A DNA stretch of 63,860 nucleotides, the filler included, from Klebsormidium nitens (Eukaryota; Plantae; Klebsormidiophyceae): NCBI GenBank assembly GCA_000708835.1. It is 5 parts of 5 records of this genome, joined end to end, with 100 filler letters (N's around TTAATTAATTAA, not from the genome) between each part and the next. Parts side by side here need not be neighbours in the genome. Positions count along the whole stretch, not along the records: positions 17,473 to 36,375 come from DF237707.1; 4 more parts are not named here. One strand, 5' to 3'. The notes beneath the pieces are model-generated. The model did no database searches and was not told where the DNA came from. It saw nothing but the letters and a program-made list of their open reading frames with translations. Position 1 is the first letter of the stretch. Each line of letters begins with the position of its first letter. Of this stretch, positions 24,801 to 35,974 are shown one piece after another. The translations under genes were made by a program, and so were the position numbers.

Positions 24801-27800
24801 GGTAATCATCAACGTCTTCTCGCTCTCCTGAAGTGTCCAAGTATGTTTCAAAGAGGGCGGACGTTGGGAATGAGTGACACATGCAACCGTCTCGGCTTTC
24901 TCTGCTCCTTCATCAAATTTTAAAACCCGCAAGCGGTAGGCGTACTGGCCACGTCGCTGAATCAGTCTCACAACGTTTTTGAAGCAGAAGGCCTCAGTAG
25001 AGGAGCAACTCTGATGAGGCAAACGCTAGATGACGCCAGTGAAGCGCAAAAATGCCAAAATCTGAAATCCGCGCTTCTTTCAAACGTTTCCGTTTGGTGC
25101 CTCCGAGACTTACTTTTCTGTCGCTCTTCTCTTCTCAGGGGCTTGGTATTATCTCTGTGTCCATCATTGCGGGCGTCGGACTTACTGCCGGGTTTGGCGT
25201 GAAGCTCTCCCCCTTGGCGCAGACAGTGGCGCCTCTTCTGGCTCTTGGCATTGGTGAGTCCTGGCACCCTAACAATGAAGAGGGCAGTCTACTTTTTAGA
25301 AGATATATGCAAGTGATGTCGCAGGTTCCTCGTTTGTCAGGCCTTGCACAGAGAACTGCACACTGCAGCTTCGGTCGATGTTCAATCGATCGTGGTGATC
25401 CGTATCCAAGTAAGCTCCTTCATGTCTTCTGGAAAGCCGTCCTTTTTGTCCAAATTTGGATGTCAAACTGGTGATAGGATTTGCGAATTTCGAAATCGAA
25501 GCGATTGGAAGCTCTGCTTGCTCTGCTCAGCTGACATTGCGGCGCTAGGGTGGATCCAGGCTTCAACTGTATGTCCTTGCTGGGCAAGGCGCTCAAGAAC
25601 TGTGTTCTAGAGGTCCTCTCCCAAGTGCGATCTGAGCAAAAACACCTTTGTCCGGCTTTGCTGACGTCACTGCTCCCTCGCGCCTGCAGGGTTCAACGAC
25701 ATGTTCGTGCTGGGCAAGGCCCTCAAGAACTTCGTGCGCCAGCGCGCGGGCCGCTCCTTCGAGGACGAGATGCGCCTCACGGTCGGCCTGGCGGGGCCCT
25801 CCGTCTGCCTTACCATGCTCTCCATCGCCGCCTCCTTTGGCATCGCCGCCGCCGTAAGCCCGCACCGTTTATTTTGCCCCGCATGACTTTGGCGTTTTTA
25901 AAAGCTTCGCATCTTACCTGTCTGCTTCGAGTCTGCTGAGTTGGTTCAGTTGCATCGCTCTTCTCCTTCTCGGAAGTTTGCTTGCAGGGGCGTTGCTTCT
26001 TTCCTGAACCTGCACGCCTTGACTTTAGGATCCCATAAGGAGCTCTCTCAGAACGGTGACCGGGTCTTCGCCTGATGAGTGGACTTTGCCACTGAAACTC
26101 TGCCTCTTGGAGTCGGAACAAACTCCCTACCGTCAGTGGATAGAACGTGTCTCCTATAATCGCTTTCATCCTGGCCTTCATGCTTTCCTTCCTTGCATCC
26201 ATCCTTGACTTTCTTGAACCCCAGAAAGAGTTTGGGCTCTCAAAAGTCTTCTGGCCGCATTTGCGTTTCACTCTTCTTACAAGAGCATCTCGACGTGACT
26301 TGCGATTTTGGACTCCCTGCCTCCCGTTTCATTCCATGTATAGGAAAAATCTGCTGACGTCAGCGGCTTTGCCTCGCTGTGTGCTCTCGTGTATGGAGCA
26401 ATCCTGCTGACGTCAGCGGCTTGCGTGGCTGTGCAGTCGCCGTACCCTGGCGTGTCCTGGTTCTGCATCCAGATGTGCATCACCATCCTGCTGGAGCTGG
26501 TCGGCCTGCTGCTCCTCTTCGTGCCGCTCATGGGGCTCGACGCACGGCGAGCGAAGGTGAGCCCTTTCCCGCTGATTGCAAGTTCTGAGGCTCCACTTTC
26601 GGAAAAAGGCTTGGGGGCACTTGCCCTGCAAAAGCTCTCAGAAAATGTTACGAAGACATAAGGGCAAACGATTTGATCTAGCAGGTACATCGAGGTCTGC
26701 TGAAAGTTTCCAAAGTTCATGAAAGATTTTCTCGGCACTCAAGGTGCAGAGATTGATAGAGGTACGATATTTAAGTCCGTCGTGGAGCCCCACTTCCTGC
26801 GGCACTTCCGAAGAGAATGTTTCCGCTTAGGCTTTGCACATATGCAGAAACTGTGAAGAAAAATCTGCCGAAGTCACTCCCAACGTTTGTTGTGGTCCTG
26901 AAGAGCGGACAACTTCTCACATTAGCAGCGGGATGTACCCGCCAGATAGGGGAGTCTAGGGAGGGGAGCTAGTTGTACAATCTGCATCACCTGCGGTAGG
27001 CTAGTGTGCTGGGTTTTCGGCAGATCTTAGACCGAGTGACTGTCGCGCATAGCTGCTGACAAGAAGCCTTCACCAAAAAGACTTCAAACAAGACGCAATG
27101 CTCGCAGCTTTCCTTTGTCCTGATTATCCGGTTCGAAGACAGTGTCCTCAGTCCAAGTCGTTCTTTGGGCAGGCTGGCAAGGTGGACCCGTTCCTGCGCT
27201 TCGTTCCGCTGCACCTCCTGGTGGGCGGCGGCCGGAACTCCGCTCCGGCGGACGCGACTCCCAATGACGACCTGGAAGTAGCCAAGGGCGCGCTCGCCAA
27301 GCCCCCCAAGGCGGAAATCGACGCCGGCGGTTGGATTCCGCGCCTCGTACGAAAGACCTATGCGCCGCTGTTTGACAGCAAGCTCTTCGCTCTCGCAGTG
27401 GTGGGCTTTCTCTGCAACGTACTCTGTTTCTTTCTCTTGTTTCTGTGAGGTTCATAACTGTTGATCTGTGTTGGACTGAAAAGCGTTATCGACGCTGGCG
27501 GCTCGAATTCGCGTCTCGTGCGCAAGCGCTGATGCGCTCGCAGAGGTGGGGCCTCCTGTCACTATTGTCAGTAACTTCGTTTTCTTCGAATGGTTTGTGT
27601 GTGCTTGACAAATTCGACCTCATTGGAATTGGTGCGCCGCTGACATGCCATAAGTTTTCTGCGAGGTAAGGTTATCTACAGTGCATCTAGCTCAGTACCA
27701 CCGTTTCTGGCAATGGCAAGCGTCTGGTGGTGTCCCTTCTGAGCAGCCTCCTCGAATAGTGGATGAGTGAAAGGACTCAACTTCGCCGCAAACCACATCC

Positions 27801-30800
27801 CTCGGGCCTGTCGTACAGGAATCGTCCACCATGCTCGAATTGCTTTCAGGATTGACTCAGTGTTCCTTGTCTGTGTGCCAGGTGGCGTTCGCCGCGGCCT
27901 TCTTCGTGGCGATGGCGGTGCTGGCGTTCACGCAGTCGGAGAGCGACCTGCTGCTTACTGACGTCACGCGCCGCGGCACCTTCCAGCACGACTACGCACA
28001 CAAGTCGCACGACGACTTTGAGTCCTGGGACGTCGTAAGTGCAGCCCGGTTAAATGCGCTCGAAGTTTCTTGATTCTGAGTCTGAGAGGCTTCTGTAACT
28101 GAGATCAGGGCGGCGTGTGCTTACGATGGTTCAGATGCTTTACCAATGAAAGCTTCGAGGAAAGCTAACGCTCGTTCTCTTCCAGGAATGAGGGAACTCT
28201 TTCTGCAAATACACTCGCTCGCAGCTTTCAACCCTCATCTATTGTAATTTTGATTGACATACTTGGACAGGATCTTTCCTTACTCCCCGATTGGATTCGA
28301 GGACTCAAACAGGCATTGAGCTGGAATAAGGGCCTGATTTAGTTGCCCAGACCCATCATCAAACTCCCCCCACAAAAGTTCTCCTCGAACAACAAAACAG
28401 ACCTTCTAATTCCCTTGCTCTCAGGCGTACATCAACAAGGAGATCGACTATCCCGCACAGCAAGCCAACATTCTGGGCACCATCCAGGCATTCCAGCGCA
28501 GCCCGTGGGTGGAACAAACACTGAAAATCTTCGAGACGGCGTGGCTGGCCGCCAGTCCCAAGAGCGTTCTCTTCAACGCGCAAAACGCGGGCCTGGTACC
28601 CACCGCTTTTACCCCGCTCCCCGCGGCCGCCTTCTACCCGTTCTTCCAGCAAGACTACGTGCAGCGCGGGGCGCAGTCGATCCTGCAGTCGTACCACTGC
28701 AAGAACCTGACGACGCAGACGCACGTGGATTGTCGCCGGATGGACGCGAACACGAGGCTCGACGCCACTGCAATGACGGTGAGTATGGGAACTTACAAAG
28801 ATTGAAGGCAAGACATTATTAAGGTTACTGAGTTATTCAAACGGGTAGGGTTGGTTTGCGGGCTGTGATTCGTGTGTAGATTGGGTTTTAATACCAGTCA
28901 GAGGTTCACTTCTCCTTCTACATAGCCTTTTGAAATTTGTGAAGGGGAGCGTGAGGCGTCGACTCTGGTCCCTTGGTTGCTCAGCAAATCTGAACCATTT
29001 GCCTATTGGACTTTGATCCAACAACTTGAGCATGCGAATACCCCGGCTAAGCTTGCTTCAGACGGATGAACCATGGCGATACACCTGCTACGGGCGCTCT
29101 GCAAAGGATTGGAGAAGTTCCCCCGGAAACCGGCTTGGATTCCCCAGTCCTGCAAGTGGTAGTCGTTGGAGAGGAGAGGCGCTGATGTTGATGTACCAGG
29201 CTACTTGGGCGAGGTTGTCTACGAATGCGTTGTGTTTTGTACGCGCCAAGCCTTGGGAATGTCCGCTTCGCACATCAAGATACAACTCTGATTCTGGATC
29301 CTAAACCAAAGTTAGACTTTCTTCTTATGTTCCCGCTATGTACCGGCCTTCAAAGATGACTCAAATCCATAGCCAAACAGGGTCTCCTGGGGACCAGCTG
29401 CGCCCCTCTGACGTGGCGCGCTCTTTCTCGTCCGCAGATCTACGTGAACGGCCTGACTAGCACGGACAGGTATCGGACCGCGCTGCGCGACCTGCGCGCG
29501 ATTGCTGATGCGCGAAGCGCGCAGTCGGGCAACACCGGGGGCTTTGTGTACGGCTACATCGCCGTGCTGTATGACCAGTTCGAGCACATTGAGCGCCAGA
29601 CCTTCTTCATCGTCGGACTCACGCTCGGTCAGTTCCCTCGTCGTCTCGTGTTTTCAACGTGTGTGCTTCTTCTCTCTTCATAGAGAAGAGGGAGGAATCA
29701 TATTGGTAGAGGCGCCTCTGTTGTTCGCAGTTGTTTCTAACAGAAAGCTTTGAGTCAAAAGTATTTCTGCTTCGCAGGAATGTTCTTTTTGTAATATTTA
29801 AAGGTTGTCGGCCAACAGGTGTTGCGCTTCAAAACCCGCATTATAGTCCGTGTACTTTTCTGATCTTCCGCATGTATCATCCGGCATGCAACTTTGTCCA
29901 CTGAGACAAAAAGTGCGCGCAACTCCTCGCAGCTGCTACCTATAGCCCACCCTCCTTGCTGAAGCGCCCCCCTCAGCTTGGTTTGGTGCGTACATATTCT
30001 TGATAAGCTCGGAACTTCCGATCAAACTCTTGATACCCACGCCTTCACCTGTATCGTCCCCGTTCTCCCCCCTAACCCAAATTACCCTACCCGTCCTAAG
30101 CTGGCAATCTTGCTCTTCCCTAGAGCTTACCATCGCTGACTGTGTTTCCTGCAGTGGGCGTGTTTGTGACGAGCGTCCTGTTCCAGTGGAGCCTGCTGCT
30201 GTCGCTTCTGGTGACGGCGCTCCTGCTGGTGATCGACATCGAGTTGTACGGCTTCTTCTGGATCATGACCGGCAAGCTCAACGCGTTGACCCTCGTCAAC
30301 CTCGCCGTCGCGGTGAGCCGCCGTTCTGTGCATTTCGCCGCTTTGCTTCGCACCGCTTTAACTTTTTACAAGAAGAGTGGATTTTTGTTGTTGTTTTCTC
30401 CATGTAATGAGAATTGTGCGAGAGTACTGGAAACAAATTCGGGGGGGGGCAAACGTGGAAGCCGGATCGAAACAAAGGGAAGCATAGCTTGTATACCGTA
30501 CTCTCGCTTGAGCTGCGCTCGAATTCACTGGGCTTCTATCTGAAGCGCCCGTTGCTTTTCTCGCCCACGCCTATGTGTCTATTACTACTCTCAGCAGGTT
30601 GGCATAGTGCTGGAGTACACTCTCCCTTGTCGCGCAACTACCTGCTGTTTGAAGCGCTCTTAGCCATTACGCATGTTGACTCTCTGCAGGTCGGCCTAGC
30701 GACGGGATATGCATTCCACCTGTCTCCCGCTTTCCGTGCTCCGAATTTCCGCTTTCCGCTCATGTCTTCTTTCATAATTCTCCGCAGTTTAGCCTAGCGA

Positions 30801-32021
30801 CGGGGTCAACATCCCAACTGTCACGCAAGTACCTGAAAGTTTGCAGTGCTGGTCCCGAATCTCTGTTATCACCATCCTTTGCAGGTTGGCCGAACGACAG
30901 AATAACCGTTCCACCTGTCTCTCCGCTTTCCGCCCGTCGGCGCTCGCTTTCCGCTTCCCGCTTTCCGCTCTCCGCTCATACTGTTTTCCTCCGGTTTCCG
31001 CAGGTTGGCCTAGCGACGGAGTACACGTTCCACCTGTCGCGCAACTATTTGGTGTTTGAGGGAACCCGCCACCACCGCGTGGCCAAGGCGCTCGAGTGGA
31101 CCCTCGAGCCGCTGCTCCACGGCATGGCCGCCTTCTTCCTCGCCATCTTTGCGCTCGCCTTCGCAAAGTGAGCACACTACAAATTGTGGGGTTTAAGAAT
31201 AAAGATTTTGTCGGTCGATGGAATTTGTGCAGCTTGATGTGTTCGTTGATTCTAACATTGTTCACTTCCCGTCGCAAGGTCAGGGTTCTGTAGTTGGGGC
31301 AGGGAAGGTCATGCGGACTGAACCCATGGTCAACGAAGTGGGTCTCAACGCAAACGCAGCGGTCGAGGAGTCAGATATCATGACATCACCATCCTCGAAA
31401 ACAAGGACATTTTGTAAGGCGTCTTGATTGTTGAGATCAGCATGGCGGGATATGAATCTTGAGAGCAGCAGGACACTGTCCCTAGATTGTAGAAGTCAAC
31501 TCTGCTGCCTTTCGCATATAGAAGCAGTGCAGTGCCCACCAGTTTTGAGTTCCCGTTTACACAAAACTCCAGATTAACACTTTGCGTCCGGCAAATTTGC
31601 TCCAAACATGGCACTTTTATGTGGTCTGCTGGGACGGAGAGCGATGGTTGTCAGCCTTGCACCACGGGGAGATCCGTCGGGTCAAACCGACATCAGTGCG
31701 CTGCCTAAAGGGTCGTTCCTTGTGTACTTTCGACATTGTGACGTCATGCTCACCCCCTCCCTCCGCTCCTGTTCCAGGTACCGTGCCTTCCAGCTGTACT
31801 ACTTCGGCTTCTTCGCCGTCTTGCTCGTCATCGCCGCCTTCAACGGCTTCGTGCTCCTCCCCGTCATTCTCCGCTTCCTCGGACCGCCCTCCATCTTCAA
31901 CAACACGGCGAGCGGTATCGCGGCTTCGGCTCCGGCGGACACTGCCGACAAACCAGCCCACCTTGAGATGGAGGGGGGCCGGAAGGCAGCCCCGCCGATC
32001 GGCAGCGACCTAGAACGATGA
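18851..32021 (+). CDS. Patched-like 12-TM RND/sterol-sensing-domain protein. Exons: 18851-18894, 19290-19359, 19614-19672, 20378-~20517, 21350-21724, 22194-22352, 22666-22833, 23331-23564, 24212-24358, 25139-25253, 25690-25853, 26437-26556, 27173-~27400, 27882-28034, 28425-28778, 29438-29627, 30155-30312, 31004-31167, 31778-32021. The 5' end is unresolved
   Basis: Phase-consistent exon chain with PTCH-type motifs: ETENRLEELFVRTDSRVAKERDFY (cf. [21 protein letters not shown]), CTKVSPLDCFQEG (cf. CLIITPLDCFWEG), GGIKRNATG (cf. GGTVKNSTG), PLLALGIGFNDMFVL (TM4), SPYPGVSWFCIQ (TM6), IDYPAQQ, IYVNGL, NALTLVNLAVAVGLATEYTFHL (TM9-10), FQLYYFGFF..NGFVLLPVILRFLGP (TM12). No NPC1 N-terminal domain is seen. 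Confidence 0.9.
21171..21330. mobile_element. Intronic MITE-like element, copy 2
   Basis: Termini TTAACCA...TGGTTAA; internal inverted repeat gtcaagtaaccagactt / aagccgggttacttgtc; closely matches 34889-35050. Confidence 0.65.
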
Positions 32022-34025
32022 GCGAAAATTGAGAAGCAGTGCCGCACCGCAGTCTCGCGCAGGCTTTAGAAAGTCAAATTTGCAGATTGACAATGGGGAG
32101 AGCGAGTGGTCAAGGGGTGTCGAGGAGCAAAGGGGCATACAACTCTAAAAGTTGTTTGTGAAGTGCCCGTCAAAATGTATGCTGTGGTGGATCGACGAGG
32201 TGACCAAGAGCTTCGTGGTCAAGTGCTCACCAAGGCAGTATTCAATGCCGTTTCGTAGCGAGGCTCAACAGGTTCCCAAGTTAATAAGGCTCCTCCGAGT
32301 CCCAGATTAGCGCGGCTGCTTTGGGGTGCAACAACCTTCAGAGCGGTAATTCAGTTTGTGATTTCAGCTTGGTAGGTCCAGTCCAACTGTAGGTGCTTTA
32401 TACTAATATGTGACGATCAGATAACTCTTCGAATATAGTCAAATGTATGCTACGTAATGTTGCATTGGGCTCCTCCCTCGATTCCTCGGTAAAGGTCAGG
32501 CATCTACGACTGATCGTAAGATCTCTTTTCTGGTCACGTGTGGCTTGTACGTTTTGCCCGTTGATTGATATCCAATGATCATCTCGGTGGACATGTGCCA
32601 ACTGCACGAAGACCAGCATGTATGGCATTTCAAATGTAAGTCTTCCTTACAAAGTGTCGGAACGGGAGAAGCGTCTCAAGACGTGCATGTTGCTAACTTA
32701 CGCGTCCGCTAAGGTAAGAAGGTAACGAGGTATTGGCGATCAATACTTTGGACGGCCCACGCTAAGCAGCCCCGCAAACTGTGAAGCTACGCGGCGGCTC
32801 GTAAAGCTATCCATGATAAGCTCCGAGTCCCAGATTGTTACCAAGATTTCTTTTGGAGTCCTTGGTCTGGAGAGGACGGTGCAAACCGACTCGATGCGCA
32901 TGATCTGGAGGAATAGATTCCCTTACAGGGTGGTCCGGATGATCGTTCGGAAGAATCTTTCAGACACACTGCCGGTACTTCTGGAAATTTAGTATTTGTC
33001 TTGCTGCTTGGCCCGGTCATGGCGCGGCACGCATGTTGAAACGGACTCATGGATAACTGCATGCATGTATGCGCAAGGAAGATAATGCGACTCATCAGTG
33101 AAACAGGTTCCACACACCGTGAGCCTGGCATCGTAATGATGCATCACGTTCGGCCGTTGTTGTAAGACCCTGAGCAGGTTAGTCCGGTCAAAGGGTGGCC
33201 GGACTTATTCTTGGTTCGATCATTATGATCGGCCATCAAAACGGGGCGCCAGAAAGCTATTGCCGCGCTGTGAGAAACCTTTCGGTGCCGGCCGCACTGC
33301 GCGCATCTTCTTGTTAACTAAGGTCAGAGTCGTAGAACTTCGGTTGGGAACCTTCGGTCCATTCCAGAGCTGAGTGAGCGCTTTCAGGGCCTGCTCCAGA
33401 CGGGTGACTTGGTAACTCAGACTGCTGACTTAATGTGGGCTGCAGCCGATGCGAAGCGGTGGGCTTCTCACGCGCGCTGTGGCTTTTGCACTAGCGGTGT
33501 GGGCGTATCCGCGTATGCCCAACAGAAAATAAGTACTGAAAAGATGGAATTGATAATGGCGCTTTTGCATCGACCGCAGACATCGTTGTAGCGCAGCTGC
33601 GGCTAACCACCCCGGGCGCTTCTCTCATATTGCCCCCATATTGCGTATGTGTCATTGGCAGCATCTGTATCTCATGTCTTTTGGGCTGATACTCAACTCG
33701 AGCTCATTCCATGCAGATGCATGTCAGCATATGTGCTTGTAAGTTTTGAACGTCAGAAGAAGCTCACAGGATATCAAGAAAGTTCAAGAAGCTAACCGAA
33801 TTTCACGCAGACCATAAATTAAGTTATGATCACAATCGACTTGTGCACAAGAGAGCAGAATCTGGTGTTGTTCGCCGCAGCTTGGATTATGGAATACTAA
33901 GTAGAACTAGCTACGGTAGCAATGGCCTTCTGTACCAACGCCCGGGTGTTCAGCATCTCCGACAAGCACACGCGCCTCGCAATGTGGGATATCTCTAGCT
34001 ACTGAGAAATTGGTTACACCAAAGC

Positions 34026-35974
34026 TTATTCCTTGTTTGCGATGCTGACGTCCTCTACATAGTAAAGGAGGTACGGTTCCTGCCAAAGGGACCAGTAGGT
34101 GCCGAACTTGACCACTTTTGTGTCCGTTTCCGCTCGGACAATCATTTCAAGGGTCCACATGGACTTATAGTCGTACTCCGGCACAGGAAGCGTCCACGAA
34201 ACGTCGAACACCTGAGTCGAGGTCAGCAAACAGAAAGGTAAGCTTCGGATGGTCGCAGAAGTTGAACTCATGCAAAAGTTTGGAGGGCTGATTGCAGACG
34301 GCTTACAGTGCTGGGAATGTGCGCCACGCGCAACTGAAAGCAACGAAGTCAATTGGGGCGAGACGGATCTGGCAGCTTGACGTCAGCAATGGTATGTGGG
34401 GCCGATCCTGCTCGCCGTCGCGTAAACGCTGGCCACGTCGGATTGCCTTTCGACAAAACATGCAAGTTTTTTGAAGCGTGGCGGCAGGTCCGCCTTTTAA
34501 AAGACAAAATGCAGAAGACACCTTCGGTTTCTTTGTCTCTTTGAGCTCTGGTCCCAGAACCCTCGGCAAAATACCAGAACGGCGCACTTCTTACCTTGAC
34601 GGTTGGACTGGGCCCGTTGCCAAACTGCGACGCGAACCATTCCGCCATCGCCTCGGCCCCATTGAGTCCGGGCTGGTTGACTTCGTCCGTCAGATGCCCG
34701 GTAGGTTGGAGGTAGGACATGGCAGCGTCCGTGTCTCCGCCGGCGATTGCCGCCAGAAATTCGCTGGTAGCAGCTCGAAAGGATGGCGCCGTTCAGCTGA
34801 TGGTTGGGCTCCATCTCGAGCGCGAACGCTTCCGTCCGCGTGTCGTCCGTATTATAACCTGTGAGAAAGAAACACAGGATTTTTGTTCTTAGCCATAGAT
34901 GGTTGAGGGCTGGTTATGGGCTGGTTAGAAACCGACCTTTTTACCAACAACCAAACTTTGGCGGGAACCAGCCTTGGGACCAGATTAAAGCCGGGTTACT
35001 TGTCCAATAACCGGTAAGACACAAGTCTGGTAGTAACCTGGTTAGCAGCCATAACTTCTTGTGAAAACCACACATGGCTGTGGAAAGGCACCTTCTGAGG
35101 CTCCGAAAACACGGACAGTGGAAGCCTTACAGACTGGGCCGAGTAATGAATTTTAGATGGTAGTTTAGATTCATGACGAATCTACTGACCGTTACAAACT
35201 TCTAAGAGTGCAAAGTAGCCAGTATCGGAGCACTGGACCACACGAGCAGCTCCAAAGAGGACGCACGATCGCTGTTGCACGCTGTTTCTGCGTTCTGAAA
35301 TTGTAAGGATGTCTCAAGTTTGTTTGTTCAGGGTCTGTGGAAGCTCGTGGGTAGAGTCTACAACATCATCTATGTTTATGCGAGGCGTCAGAAAGCCCGG
35401 AAAAAACCTTAAATTCCCGGGCCAATGCAAGCATGCAGATGGTCGGAAGCAGCATAGCAGTGGAGCTGAGCATGAGATTTCGACCAGCTCATCTCCAAGA
35501 GGTTCGGAAGATCTGAGGAGATTACTGAGCTCGAGCTCATCCTAGTACTTGCACTGCACCACGAAGAGCCATTTTTCATTGTTGTTACAGAGAAAGAGAG
35601 TCAGATATGGCAAACAGCTGAGCGGCCTCACCAGGAATCAGAACGGCTCCCCACATCTCGGCCCTAGGGTACGTTTTGGCACACCGCGTAGCTCCTGCCT
35701 CGGTCCTGGTTGCCAACGGCAAGAACCCAGTCTCTGTGGGGCAAGCGTGCAAAGTTGGCAGTTGACTGGCTGTGCCGCCTAGGATCCCGACGCCCGGTCT
35801 CGCAGTGGGGCTGGCGGTCTCAAAAATCAACGACGCGGGCTTTTGTGTGGAGCTGACTGGAGTGGTTTGAACCTGCTGCAGCGTGCGCGCGGCGGACGCG
35901 GGCGCACCAAGTGAGGCGAGGGCGACCAGGATTGCGATTGTCCGAACCGTCTGGAGGGCTGGTGCTTTCTTCAT
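34026..35974 (-). CDS. Secreted protein with NTF2/SnoaL-like domain; exons 35974-35632, 34858-34595, 34211-34026; one apparent +1 frameshift at the AAA at ~34778-34780
   Basis: Signal peptide MKKAPALQTVRTIAILVALASLGAPASA. Removing one base in a homopolymer gives LNGAILRAATSEFLAAIAGGDTDAAMSYLQPTGHLTDEVNQPGLNGAEAMAEWF, a SnoaL-like 'A..xGD.daa..l......d...p.l.G.ea..eWf' pattern, and restores splice phases. The fold assignment is inference. Confidence 0.6.
34889..35050. mobile_element. Intronic MITE-like element, copy 3
   Basis: Shares ttagccatagatggttgagggctggttatgggctggttagaa and ttaaagccgggttacttgtccaataacc with the 21171 copy. Confidence 0.65.
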
